A DNA stretch of 64,000 nt from Mytilus galloprovincialis (Eukaryota): contig NC_134842.1 of assembly GCF_965363235.1 (NCBI RefSeq), positions 33,912,757-33,976,756 on the forward strand. The letters are read 5' to 3'. Each line of letters begins with the position of its first letter. Position 1 is the stretch's first letter. This document shows, in pieces, positions 11,082 to 24,800 of the stretch. The notes under the pieces were generated by a model. That model was not told where the DNA came from. It made no database searches and worked only from the letters and a program-made list of their open reading frames with translations. The translations under genes and the position numbers were made by a program.

Positions 11082-12191
11082 GTAAGTATTGTTTTTACCT
11101 TTTAAATTGTAACTAACAAATTGAACACAATGTTATTTTCATATGTACAACTCGTATAAAAATCAACCCAACAAACTTAGATCTAAAAATTTGCTTTCGG
11201 AATTTTTTTGTTCCTCCCTCGCTGGGATTCGAACTCATGCTCCTGAGATATCGTGACACCAAATCGCCTGCATTGTTTCCGACACGCTTTTGTTTATCTT
11301 TAACTGTTTCCGACACGCTAGACCACTCGACCACCTTGGCTTCACAATAATAAAGCTTTCGATGGCTGGGTGTTACCTTTCCTCGTCAGTTTTAATCTAG
11401 CGTCGTAATACAGTACATTATCTATTAGGCATAAAGATTGAATTGTTACAGATCAGCTGAAATATTTATTGTGAAGGATCTTACAAATTAATGCAAGATA
11501 CAGTCACAGAAATAATTATATTTATAAGTACGTCTGAACCAGTGACAACTCTACAACAGATTTATCCATCGGTTCACCAGCAGTGATGGTGATACATGAC
11601 TGTGTACATTCTGTATATACAACTCGTCTAAAAATTAGCCCAACAATGTATATATATGTTAGGTGACATTACGATATTAGGGGAAACAAATAACTCTGAC
11701 ACTGTTAGCAATTTGTAGGTCACCGTATGGCTTCAACAATGTGCACAACTCATATCGTGCAGTAATTTTAAATGGCCCGATATGACAATATTTTAAAAAC
11801 AATTCAAACTAGAAAAACCAACGACCTGAGTTGTGCTTGAAAAAATAAACGATAAACGTTAGCAACCGACGACATTAACGGAAATATCAAGGTAAAATGT
11901 TTCCAAAATTTCAAATTATTCCGTATGTTGGTCAGACTTAATTATGTTTACTTGTTAATCTATTCACTTTTGTTTCTTGATTTCAATATATTGTCTCTGA
12001 GTTAATTCGCTTTGTTGGTTCGATATGTCAGAGGCGTTTACAAATTTAATTCATCTCTTTTATTCATATTTATATAATACAATTTTCTTTTTTTGGCAGT
12101 TACGTATGCATTACTGCTGTAAAACCTTCATGTTTAATATGCTTTGTGATAAAAAAATGTTTTTTATCTACTTATATAAAAAATGTAAAAC

Positions 12192-12462
12192 TACCTATTT
12201 TGATTCATTAGAAGTGTGAAAAATGTAAAACAACCTATTTTGATTCGTTAGAAGTGTGAAAAATGTAAAACAATCTTCTTTGATTCATTAGAAGTGTGAA
12301 AAATGTGTGATTCATTAGAAGTGTGAAAAATGTAAAACAACCTATTTTGATTCGTTAGAAGTGTGAAAAATGTAAAACAATCTTCTTTGATTCATTAGAA
12401 GTGTGAAAAATGTAAGACAACCTATTTTGATTCATTAGAAGTTTGAAGTTTAGACTCTAACA
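12192..12462. repeat. Minisatellite with higher-order structure: 40-bp unit (gaaaaatgtaaaacaacctattttgattcgttagaagtgt) × ~7, two alternating variants (80-bp higher-order repeat)
   Basis: Direct reading. Confidence 0.8.
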
Positions 12463-12963
12463 GAATAGAAAGGATATGAGTTATTCATTCATGACACAAA
12501 ATATGCCCAGAAACAACAATTTTATTGTTGTTCTTCGTCTCACCACAATAACAATTCTCAGTCTGGTATTTGTCCCGTTTTGGCATGGAAATCAATATTA
12601 AATGCCTTTCTGTTACTACTGTCACTTGTATGCTCATCATTCGTATACAAAATACAGAATTATGGGGGCACACTTAAAAATATTTTGGTTTGCCAAAACC
12701 CTACGTAGAGATAGAGACAGTTGGAAGGTAGACAGGCGTTCTATTCCAATTTTGTCAGCAGAGACATTAAAGTGTGATATGTTTTTTAGTCTTCATGCCT
12801 ATTTGATTAAAAATAAAATTTCAAATCAGGACAATAAATGAATTTAAGTAGGCAGCTCTTTTCTGGATATGTAATGATAGGGAAAACATTCATATTCTTA
12901 TTGGGCCATACCTTTCTACCTTTTACACGTGTCTTATTGTTGTTTTATTTGTTTCAATTTCAG

Positions 12964-13078
12964 ATTTATGACAACAAAGAAGTTACTATAACATTAGGTT
13001 TCAACAGAGAAATGGTGGCGGTTGAAGTTGCATTAAGTGCAGCAGAAACTGATCTTCAACAAGTAGCTTTCAGTAATG
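12964..13078 (+). CDS. Gene 1 exon: partial internal repeat of the C-terminal third of the preceding module (IYDNKEVTITLGFNREMVAVEVALSAAETDLQQVAFSN)
   Basis: Acceptor gtttcaatttCAG 12961-12963; donor G|GTAAGA 13079; phase 0 in / 1 out; similar to ELGAVEIALAPRNKEVIFRADTVASG of the minus-strand paralog. Confidence 0.45.
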
Positions 13079-13109
13079 GTAAGATAAAATGAATAGTATC
13101 GTCATCACT

Positions 13110-13625
13110 GAATCAGATATAAGAAGATGAGGTATGAGTGCCAATGAGACGTCAAAGTACGGTCTTCAACAAGGAGCCTCACACCAAGAATCAAGCTATA
13201 AAGGACCCCAAAAGGGCCAGTGTAAAACCATTCAAACGACAAAACTAACTGTCTAATATAATCTATATAAAAAATTAGAAACGAAAAACTCTTAGGAACC
13301 ACATGAACAAATGACAACTATTGAACATTAAATTCGAAAAATTTGAAACATTGCATGCATGTTCACGATGTATCCGATAATAAGACATATTGGTATACTA
13401 TTTATCTTACGTAATTATAAAGGAAAGAAATTGGTATGGTTACCAATGAGAAAACTCTTCAAAAGAGACCAAATGACACAGATATTAACAACCATAGGTC
13501 ACCGTATAGTCTTCAACAATAAACAAACATGACATCCTATAGTCAGCTAGAATAGGCCCCGAAATGACAAATGTGAAACAATTCAAACGAGAAAACTAAA
13601 GGTTTAATAGTAATGAATGTTTCAA
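13110..13625. mobile_element. Two adjacent family A SINE-like copies in a gene 1 intron
   Basis: 13110-13320 and 13436-13625 both contain the caaacgacaaaactaac / acaattcaaacgagaaaactaa core. Confidence 0.55.
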
Positions 13626-14034
13626 ACATAAATGAGTTTACATGGACATTGCAACGACTGTATATATATAAAATGTTAAACTGAAATTATATTAGTGGTA
13701 TCAGTTTACTGATGTGGATACACTTGTCGATTAGTAATCTCTTTGCTGAATGAAAAACACTACCTTTTTTCACGTCAACCTATTTAAATCAATGACGTTG
13801 GTCACAGCGATATTGTTTGCGTCTTAAGATTTCGGTGGTCCATCTTGTGTACTATTATTTGTGTTTCCTTTTTTTTTTGCCAATTGCGTTGTCTATGAGT
13901 TTGAATGTCTCTCTGGTATCTTTCGCCCCTCCTTTGATCAGATTAAAGAACATTTAGAGACGTCAATGACAAAGTTTTAATAATTTCTATGTGAACACAC
14001 TACCCTTACTAATACACGATTAATTTTATTATAG

Positions 14035-14123
14035 CTCCAAAAGATTTCCTTGCATGTAATGGGGCATTAAATGTTGGACAACCCTTTGGTGGAAATGGAC
14101 CATTTGTAGGCGATATTTATGAC
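14035..14123 (+). CDS. Gene 1 exon: (A)PKDFLACNGALNVGQPFGGNGPFVGDIYD
   Basis: Acceptor ttttattatAG 14033-14034; donor GAC|GTAAGT 14124; phase 1 in (matches 13078) / 0 out; homologous to minus exon 19632-19708 (MCNRRGYVGYIDD). Confidence 0.5.
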
Positions 14124-15811
14124 GTAAGTAAAGTTATTTTTGTAAATATTGATTAACTATTTTGGTGAAAATTTGAATGTTGAAATGAACGTGATTATGC
14201 ATTTTGATTTGTGTTTGTTGTACGCCACATCAGCGCATAAAGTCTATTTCGTGTTGAGACGTAAATAAACAGACAAGAACATGCTAGTTTGAAATAATTA
14301 TGAACCTTCTGGGAAGAAGTGAGAATGCATGTTTCGTCTTCATCAGACTCATTAGTGTCACTCAAATCATTTTTTTTTACAAGGTCTAATCAATTACATC
14401 GTTGAAGGGTCTTATTGTGTCATATTTTGCTATGACAATAAATGCTAGGGGTAAAAAATCCTAATAAAATGTTCAAATGAAAAATTTATAGAAAATGAAG
14501 AACAAATATGAGTGACAGAAATCAGTAAAAAACATTATATTATAGATTATTAATGTTGATCATGCACATACACATAATGTACCGGAGCTGTATATACTTG
14601 TGAGCACTCCATCCTGCTCTTAAGGGCATACGATACAGTTTTGATCCCGTATTTACAGTTTTATGAAAATTTCCATATAGGTTATTTTTTGCCTGATTAA
14701 ATCAAATATGTAATAAAAAATATACCTTCATGTGCTACTTTTTGAGTTAAATGAGGTCGAAATTTTGTATATTTGCTCAAAATTCGGATTGGTGGCCGTA
14801 TTTTCACTTTCGTAAGAAAGCCATAACTTTTTTGTTTTTTTAAAGATAAACCCAGATTGTTTTTTGTTAAATAATTTGTTATTTCTGCATTTTATAAGTA
14901 TTAAAAAAGATTATGCATTTTTTATTCAGAAATAACTCATATTTATCGATTGGTCATGAATTGAGAAAAAAACGTATTTTTTTGCTGTATATTTATCAAA
15001 ATTAAAAAAAATGCTCTATTTACAGTTTTATTAAATTTTGTCCACATAATCTCCCTGTAAAATGAAACAAAATGTCGTTTTAAAAAATAGGGGCTCATGC
15101 ACTCGTTTTCAAATTAAATCAGTTTGAATGATAAAAATCAGTCGAAAAATGCATCTTTTCCCGATATGTCATAGTTTGACGTCGTGAAAATAACATTTCA
15201 CGTAAGCAACGTAATTACCTCCCCTGTAACTGTATCGTATGCCCTTAAACAGATGCCGTGGTTTAACAACACAACATAATAACATGATAAGATAACAATA
15301 TCCCACAAACATTACACTCACAATCAGAAATCCACAGTATAAGATTAGATAACCTTAGTCGAATTTGTCAAAAACCACACGTACCAAACAAAGACTAGGT
15401 GTAACTTTAGCAGAAGGGTATGCGAACGTACATCTTTATTTGCACCCTGTAACGTGGTTAATTTCACAAGAAAAATATTCATTGCATTTCTTTTTATGGT
15501 TTTTGTCCCTGATTCTAACCGATATCGTAAAGCATCAAATTTCCATGTAGGACTTAGTACTTTAGCTACTTCACCTTAAAAATCTTTTTTAACACTTAAC
15601 CATTTAACCATTTGTTTCAGCCAGTATAAATCAACATTTGTTCTTTAGAAGTCATTCAACTCAAATCTTTACACACATTCTACTTTTTTGATAGCTTTTT
15701 TATTTGGATATTTTAACAAGTTCCTATATAAAATTAAGAATGAAAATGGGGTATGTTTCAAGGAGACAACACATCCTATATATTTTTTAATAAATCTTAT
15801 ATATATTTCAG

Positions 15812-15871
15812 TGGAAAGTCTGGAACGGATGCGACAACATTCCAGTCAGTATGGAATACTTATTCAATTAA
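15812..15871 (+). CDS. Gene 1 putative terminal exon with stop (WKVWNGCDNIPVSMEYLFN*)
   Basis: Acceptor atatatttCAG 15809-15811; phase 0; homologous to terminal minus exon 17769-17876 (LKVHRCVNIDYV…); AATAAA near 16813. Confidence 0.45.
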   Translation, partial: WKVWNGCDNIPVSMEYLFN

Positions 15872-17768
15872 ATATCTGCCAACCAAGCATTTTATCAACA
15901 GTATACAGGCACATATAAGTGTTTACACTCTCAAGAACTATATTTCATGATTATTTTCTTTCTCATCTTGGAATCCTACATACACACGTGTCATGTCATG
16001 TTTTCAAGTATTTACACAGTTGACATAAATGTATATTTAACTTTTAGTTCGCTAATTTAGAATCATATCAGACCTGAATGTTAACTGCAACCACAAATTA
16101 TATATACATGTGTTTTTGTTCTAAAATGTCGAATGTATGAAATACTTGCATGGTTAGTATTTGTTTATGTTTTTATAAGATAATCGATATCATTTGAGGA
16201 TATATTAAAATTGAAAAAAAAGATTAAATATTCAATTGAGCACAAGTTTTATAGATACTGCAGCATTTAATATCAAATCTCTCTCTTAAAATCCTATGCA
16301 AACCCTAATTTAGAATTTCATTTAACATGTTTGTAAATAATGCTCAAAACTTGTTTGTTTTGCTCTCGGTGATAAAAAAATATAATTGTACATACATTGT
16401 CTTTCTATTGTTTTCAGATTTTAATTTTAAATACAAATTTGTTGTAAACCTCGTAGGACACAGGAACTTACAATTAATATGTCTTTTGTCAAAGACTTGC
16501 ATAATATGATATAAATATAATTTCAAAAAAATATTGTGACTATGGTAACATGATGTTTTTACCATACTTGTTTTGTTCTTTTTATTTTGTTATTCGTTTT
16601 CTCTGTGGTAACTGTAAACAGATCGCAATAAATTTGGGTCACACATTTTTTTTTTATACTTTTCTATGTATTTTTTTGTTTCGTTTGAGATTACTGTTTG
16701 CTTTTTTTGCCTTTTACTAAAAATATGTATTGTTTTATGTCGTTGTTTGTATTTTTTTATAAATGTTATTAATTCATTTACACTTTATTCACCACTGGTA
16801 TAACATATTTCAAATAAAGATTAAGTCATCTTTTTCGGTGAAATATATTCGGAATAAAAACAAAATTACATGCAGCTACCGATAAATATTAACATTTAAT
16901 TGATATATTATTATTCTTTTCAATTTACGGTAACTATGTTTATACTTCGAAAAACAAAAACAATGATTCAGTAACATTATTATTATATTGAGAAACATTC
17001 TAAAGCTGTACTAACATTTCTACAAAATACATAATTGGTATGCACTAGGTATTATATGTTCAACATAATTTTGATCATAATGATATATATTCATGTGTAA
17101 ACGGATTTTATTATTTTTGTACATGCAATCACAAGAATCAGTGGTATTAAACTAATATGACATCTAACTCGTTGTTTTCTAATTTTTTTGTCTGTAAATT
17201 TTATTTGCTATATATATATATCTTTTATATGTTTTATAAGGGAATTCAAAAATACCTTTGGTAACAAAGAAAGCTAAAATTGAAAGTAATATAAGTGGTG
17301 TGATTAAACTGCATTACTCCGTTTGTTAGTGTTTGTCTACTTTTATCCCTGCCATTTTAATGTTTTCATTGCTCACCTTCATCGCCCATGTAATTGATCC
17401 TTTGGGTAGGTAATTGAGCATTGTTACAATTTCTGATGAACTTGAACAAAGAGACAAATAACTGCTGGTGCTGTAAATTAAATTTTCGAAATAACAGAGT
17501 TTATATCTATTCCAATGTCAAACAGTATATACCAAGTTAAAATTTTTGCTCGTTTTATCCTCTTTTCTACTTTGTTTTAATTTTTCTGGTGTTCAATCCC
17601 TATATTGGTCACATCTAAATAAGTGGTATATATTTCATAGTCCCGTTGAAATAAAATTTCAAAATTCAAGTACTCTCGCAGACAGACCTAGCAGAGAAAC
17701 GTACATGTGATTTTCAAAATAAGATTTACAGAAAAGAATATCAAAATGTTTTAGTTGTGAAGTAATTT

Positions 17769-17876
17769 TCAAGGTCCACCAATATCTAGGTTAGAGTCCC
17801 TAGCATCATATGGACTAAGTGGTCCTTTTCCATTTCCAATAACATAGTCTATATTTACACAACGATGAACCTTCAA
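17769..17876 (-). CDS. Gene 2 terminal exon with stop (LKVHRCVNIDYVIGNGKGPLSPYDARDSNLDIGGP*)
   Basis: Minus-strand acceptor ttttttgCAG (plus 17877-17880); stop TGA at plus 17769-17771; paralogous to gene 1 terminal exon; AATAAA on minus near plus 17193. Confidence 0.5.
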   Translation of the reverse strand: MKVHRCVNIDYVIGNGKGPLSPYDARDSNLDIGGP

Positions 17877-19631
17877 CTGCAAAAAAAGAAATATGTTTAG
17901 TAAGCAATGTTCAAGAAGAATAAAAAATGTAAGTGGGGAAAGTTTACAAACACAAAAATGAGCGATTCAAACAATAGAACAACAGAACAATTAAAACAGA
18001 TTATGAACAAAAACACAGATAATGACCCCCCCAAAAAATAAGTGTTATTGAATTTTTGCCATTAGAAAACCGTGTATGTATGAATTTTAAAAACGATAAC
18101 GATAAAATTTCATTAATTCAGTACCATAGGATGGGATCAAGTTAACAAGCAAAGAGCAGATTGCTCTGAGGGATACGATAGCCATTGTTTTCATTGATAC
18201 ATGTATTAGTATTATTTTCAAAAAGAAGTGTAAAATACTCGTAAAATGTAATTTACGTAATCTGAATTGTTATTCAACTTTAAAAATAGCCAATCCTTGA
18301 TACAAGTGTATGAACAATGTACTAATGGTGTATTATGTTTGTGCTATCAATTCCACGTTCACTTTCCACAGTAGTCACTGAGAGTGAGAGAAGGTATTTC
18401 ACTTCGTACCTTATCACCTATTTTCCTACGCGAATTCTAGGTGGAACCCCATTCCTAACTCTTTAAATATTTAATTTCCTTTGGGTCAGTGGGCATGGCT
18501 CCTTTCCGCACACATTCCTCTGTTTAAATTGCGATCGGTTTTAATGTAATATCTATCGACAGAACGAGTTAATTTTTCTCGACGTATCGTCGTTTGACGA
18601 AAGTTACTTACGGAAGGGAGACAACTCGAAGCGATAATATGGAAGACTCTATTTTGGCTGAAGGGGTTTTCTAGTTACACCTTTACGTTGTTTATTATAT
18701 TTATTTTCATTTAAATAATGCATATGATTTAAAATTATGCAACAACAATAATCCTCAATAGCAGACAGACATAGAAAGGATCTCGTAAGTTTCAAATTAG
18801 TCAATGAAGTGGGGAATCCAGAGCAGCCATTCAGTCTGATAACCCTTCAAGTCAAGAAAACTATACGCATGCGCATTATTACCTAACCAAACCCTAGACT
18901 TGTGATTTGTAGCAAGGACGTATTTTAAATGTTAATTAAACGACCTCCATTTCTTTATGGAAGTTAAATATCAAATATATCAGCAGTTTCATAACGGTGA
19001 CATATAAGAAAACTCCACTTCAGTTCTTATATGACAGAAATAGATTTATCGATCGGAATTCAGACAACTCTCGCATGTTATCAAAACTGGTGAATTCCCT
19101 CTGACGTGTTTCTAAATTTATAAAAACACTAAATATAAATACTGCTTATTTCTGATTTTCCGTGTTGTAAAAAACACACATACAAGTCGAGGGAAATATC
19201 GAAACATAAAGATTATGAGAAGAAAATTATAGGACAGTTGTTTAAATTCAATCCTTTTGTTTTTTATACCATTTAAAGCAAGACAATCTCAAGAATCTGA
19301 GATGTTCTTTGATGTTTAGAATAAAACGGACGTGAGGGTATGGCCCTCAGTCAATGGTATTAGTCTACAGATTAATTAAAAGCAATCGTATCCCAAAAAG
19401 TCATTCCTATCACAATTACTACTAGTATGTGCAATGCAAATTGTGTCATTTAAACAAAGACATTTTCTATGCAAAGTATTGTAACTGCTCTGAAAGACCA
19501 AAGATCACTTCTAAACATTGCAGTACGGCGTAGCTAATTCCAAAGATGTAGTCCGTCAAATAAAAGAGTTTACAAGATATTAGAAATAATATAAACTTTA
19601 AGATTCTAAAATGGTATGAGTACACACTTAC

Positions 19632-19708
19632 ATCATCAATATATCCAACATATCCACGTCTATTACACATCCCTATCTCAAATCCCCCTGATCGTGTATC
19701 TAAATGTC
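19632..19708 (-). CDS. Gene 2 exon ((G)HLDTRSGGFEIGMCNRRGYVGYIDD)
   Basis: Minus acceptor ttgttttacAG; donor GAT|GTAAGT (plus acttac 19626-19631); phase 1 in / 0 out; homolog of gene 1 exon 14035-14123. Confidence 0.5.
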
Positions 19709-21399
19709 CTGTAAAACAAGGAGATATTGAAATAAGCTATAGACACCAGTGATTATTATGGAGTTTTTAGCATGATATATACACAAAAACAGAATCAATT
19801 ACACTCAAACACACATTCAGATTATGTAACAGTTGTTATATAAAGAGATGAATAATATATTTTCGTTTTATTGTGTTGAACACATATTCGTAGAATCAGC
19901 ACAATATTTGTATTAAACGGCAATTTGTACATCCCCTTTGAAGTTACTGCCTAAAATTTTAATAGCATTGACCAGTCTTGAAAATCCAACATGTAAGACA
20001 ATGACGTAATTTATCAGAGCAGCAAGGGCATGTGTACATGTTAATCCGCTTCAATATGTTAATAAAATGCACGCGACTTCATTCATACAACCGAATAAAG
20101 ATCCCAATGTTCTGCGTTTTAAAAATGTCGATAACAAGGATAATGGCACTTTTTTTTTACTGACTTTATCAGCTCAAGTATCAGATCGGCTTAGCGGGCT
20201 CGCTTGATGTTCTTATGTATAAAGTCAGTATCAAAATCAAAATCATCATATTATTCAATATATCTCAGAATTTACCTGGATAGGAATATCATTATGAATA
20301 ATGAGAAAATAATTGTCAATGAGACAAAAAGAGATACAAAAAAAGCTGATGTGTTTTTTACTGGCAAAACAGAAGTGATTGCCATTATTATCACACGTCG
20401 AAAGAGATACCTTTCACTTGCAATATAAACAGACCAAATACCTATATATATATATATATAAAAGATTGGATCACGCACAAATGCCCTTTTGAATTATGTC
20501 TTGCACTCACACCATACGATAAGTTTACAAGTATTCTTTCAATAGATATACTAATTCACATACAAACAAAAATAATCCAGAAGTATTTTAATGGATTTAC
20601 TATGTATCAGTACATTATTTTTATTTTTAAATAATGTAGCAATAAGAGAGAAAATAGATAATTGTAATATGTCCTTTCTGTTTTTGTATGTTCATTTTAA
20701 TACCTCAATAATAAAGCTTCATTTTTGAGGTCAAACTGATATTCATATTTTATGAAATATTGTGAAAGTTGTTGATTAAATTTTCAAGTTTTGGAGGTGA
20801 ATGACATTAATTAAAAAACACAGGAAAAAAATCAATAAGGGAGGCATTTTTTTTTTTATATTTTAAAATTAAAACTTTTAAAGAGAACAAAACGGAGATT
20901 ATTTGTTTTATATATGATGTACGAGTGCCAATGAGACAACTCTCCATCCAATTCACAATTTATAAAAGTAAACCATTATAGGTCAAAGTATGCTTTCAAC
21001 ATAGAGCTTTGGTTCACACCAAACATCAAGCTATAAAGTACTCCAAAAAAAAATTCAAGTGTAAAACCGTTCAAAGTAGAAACCCAATGGCCTAATCTAT
21101 ATAAAAACGAAAACGAGAAACACATATGAACCACATCAACAAATGGCAACTACTGAACATCAGATCCCTATGATAGTATATTTAGCTTTAGTTGGAAACA
21201 AACAAGTGTGTTGAAAATAAATATGCAATCCTTTCTTTCAAAGGATTACGCGTTTCAAAATTAATTAATGGATTGTTTTCAATTTACTAGCACTCGGTCG
21301 AAGAATAATGTTAGTTCTTGTATTGTCAGTCTTCAACTATATTATCGGCTAACTCGCCTTTTCAGAGTCTAAAGAATTATGGGTAATTGCATTGTTCGT

Positions 21400-22330
21400 C
21401 CACAAAAATGAAAATAAGGTCACGTCATTGGTTGAATTTCCATTGTTATGACATTTTTAACCAATACGACGTTTTGATGTACACTTTTGAAAATATTACC
21501 CAGGATGCATTAAATTCTGAAAAAGGCGAATTAATCAAATCTTCGATTTATAGCAATCGTTTGCCAATTTCTTCGTTCATAGATACAAATTATCAAGACA
21601 CTTCGCTTTTAACTCCCTCAGACAAATTTTATCTGAGCTGACTTTGACTATTTATTGGTTTCTTGTTATCATTAAGTAGGAAAACAGTCAAATTGAAGGG
21701 AAAAAAAAAACAGTCTGAAATCATTTCTATTCAAAATTTATTATAAATCGTTAAAAAGAGGATTTCGAACGTATAGGTGAATCATGAACTTTAGAATTTC
21801 AACGAATGTACAATTTGTTATACGCCCGTTTACGGGACGCATTATAGTGAACCGTTGTTCGGCTGTCCGCCAGCTACATGCCGGACTTTAACTCAAAAAC
21901 TCTTCAACCTATTTGCATACAACTTTGGTGAATTGTTTATATCTATTGACGTGAGCTCCCTTTCGTTTTTTATAAATTTTAGATTTTATTTTTTCGAGTC
22001 TTGGCTTTTATTCATTACAATAACAGGGATTTTCCAGTTTTCTGAGAATCACTGAAAAAAAAGGCTTTCACCAATTTGCAAGAAACTTAAATGAATAATT
22101 TATATATATTGACATATCTTTCAATTTTTACAAATTTTAGATTTTACATTTCCAAATAATGGCTTTATTCATTACAAGAGACAAGATTTTCTAGTTTCGG
22201 ACATTAACTCAAAAAAGCTTTGAAAAGTTTTCCTAACATTAACTTTACGTTAAGTGTACATCAAAACGTCGTATTGGTTAAAAATGTCATAAACAATGGA
22301 AATTCAACCAATGACGTGACCTTATCTATT
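21400..22330. mobile_element. Second foldback-like structure: ~90-bp inverted repeats (21400-21500 vs 22240-22330) enclosing an internal ~200-bp tandem duplication (21860-22060 / 22080-22210)
   Basis: Reverse-complement match aaaataaggtcacgtcattggttgaatttccattgttatgacatttttaaccaatacgacgttttgatgtacac. Confidence 0.5.
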
Positions 22331-24235
22331 GCTGTAAGTTCCAATTCGATTGTGTTATTTTCAAGTTTTCGGCCAATATTCTCAAAGTGTTATGAGAAGT
22401 TTTCATCAAACTTAGATGACTGATTTATATCTATTAAGTTAACCTGCCTTTTGATTTTTATAAATTTCTGATATGACATCGAGAAGTTATCGAATTTTGT
22501 TCTTAGAAAACATGACGGGCGTATCATGCAATCATAAGTGTCAAAAGCACCAAAAATAGTTTTTGCTCTTTTGTAAGTGTATTTGAAATTTGAAAAGTCC
22601 ATTCGAAAATGATGTCTGTTTAAAAATACATGTTTAAAAGTCAATTTGATAGATCATGACAACGAATAGATAATCATTATTAAGTTTAAGATCAAGAGAT
22701 CAAATAAAAATGAATATGTCAGTCTTTTAAATGTTTTTTAACGAGCGAACCTTGCTCATTAAGTACTGCCATAAATCCTTTTTTATTTTGTTGGTGCCTT
22801 TACTTAACTCAGAGATCCTAGAAAAACTTGAAACATGAATCGAATAAGTTACTAAATATTGACTGTTGTACCCCTATTTTTAACATGTGTACTTTTTATG
22901 ACTATTTGTTTGGTTTTTTTTCGCACATTTTTTGTAAATGTAATGGAATTTAATGCAACTGTCTTCTGACAATTATGAGGATAGCTCAATTGTATGACTG
23001 TTGCATATTTTTCTTTAAGTAAAAAATAGTGGATGAAACCAGGGTTTTTAAGCTAAAAGATCCTTGTATATTCAACTATTTTCTACTTTCATAAATGCCT
23101 ATACCAAGACTGGAATATGACAGTTGTTATCCGTTCGTCTGATGTCTTTGAGCTTTTGATTTTGCGATTTGACTAGAAACTTTTCGTTCTGAGTTTTCCT
23201 CGGAGTTGGGTATTTTAGTTATTTTAACTTTTTACTAAGATAAATCAAGTGTTCCAGAAACACAGATACTTGGAAATACTTATTAATGACAATCACTGGA
23301 TGTGTAATTATTTAACATTTATCTTGTGATTGGTCCCTTTAAAAGAGAAGGCGTTTTGTTACTATATCATAATCCTAGTTATTATTTCTGAGTATTTTGA
23401 GGGTTTTTGTTTTGTTAATAGTTATCAAATGTACGAGGCTTATAAGTTAGACGCGTGTTTGGTCTACATAAGACCAAAATAGTAAGAAGGCCAAAATGCG
23501 AAGAGTCCGATAACATCTTACGATATTCCTGACTAATGTTATAATGTAATACATGATATGTTAGTAAAAAAACAAAAAAGTATTAGACTATCTAATTACA
23601 TTCCATTATGTAGCTTTAAACCTTATAATGTCGAATAAAGATGGATGATTATAGCGACAGGTTACATGAGTTGTCACTTTATGCTTCATTAGAGATGGTT
23701 TATAGGTAGGACAAGTTAGTATACCATGGGAAATTGTATTTATGTTTCCTCTTGTTTTCCGTTACATCATGAATGATCTCGATTAGTATTTTCTTAGTTA
23801 GATTGATTTTCAATGTTACACAATCTTGTATGTGATAGATTTAATTTTCATTTGATAATATATTTGTTTTATTTTTTTTTTCATCTTTGTTTAATTCCTA
23901 CTATTGTTTTATTGAAAAAAAACATTTCTATCTAAACACAGTACCTCGTGGCTAAAAAGTAAATAACATAAAAATGTCTTTAACTTCGAAATATTCCAAA
24001 AACTTTAAGCCTATGGCAACGAGGGTCCATTTTGATAATTTTAGTTCAAGTGTTATACCACTGTTTTATTAGATTGGTTGACTGATTCTTGGTTGCTGTA
24101 TAACCTTTATACTGGAGAATGGAGGTAAAGTTGTTATAATTAAAGTACATTAGCATATAAAATAGTAAATACCGCTACCTTCTATCGACATAAAGTTTGC
24201 TTCATATTTTAAAGCAATGTTCATGAATGGTTTTT

Positions 24236-24800
24236 TAATCTTTAATTAGTTATCAAAGGTACCAGGATTATAATTTAGTACGCCAGACGCGCATTTCGTC
24301 TACATAAGACTCACCAGTGACGCTCATATCAAAGTATTTATAAAGCCAAACAAGTACAAAGTTGAAGAGCATTGAGGATCCAAAATTCCCAAAAGTTGTG
24401 CCAAATACGGCTAAGGTAATCTATGCCTGGGATAAGAAAATCCTTAGTTTTTCGAAAAATTTAAAGTTTTGTAAACAGGAAATTTATAAAAATGACCACA
24501 TTATTGATATTCATGTCAACACCGAAATGTTGACTACTGGGTTGGTGATACCCTCGGGGACGAAACGTCCACCAGCAGTGGCATCGACCCAGTGGTGTAA
24601 ATAGTTATCAAAGGTACCAGGATTATAATTTAAAATATGTGTTATCATCTTTTACTCATTATCGATACAAGGCATTAAATCATGCACGCTGAACGCCCGT
24701 TTTGTCTTCGATTAATTCATATGTGACGCTCAATTTGAAAAAGGTCAATGAAAGTTGAAGAGCATACAAGACATACAATTCCAAAAGGTTTTGAAACATT
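24236..24800. mobile_element. Two family B copies in tandem (24236-24430 and 24598-24800)
   Basis: Both start with agttatcaaaggtaccaggattataatt; track ORF 24362-24604 lies inside the repeat. Confidence 0.55.

Noticed and set aside
11200-11340. tRNA-like T-loop motif (gagttcgaatccc on minus) suggesting a tRNA gene
   Set aside because: I could not fold a complete cloverleaf (no complementary T-stem or acceptor stem). More likely a tRNA-derived SINE head fragment. Adjacent gtttccgacacgc is duplicated.
24362-24604. 80-aa ORF
   Set aside because: Lies wholly inside two adjacent copies of interspersed repeat family B.
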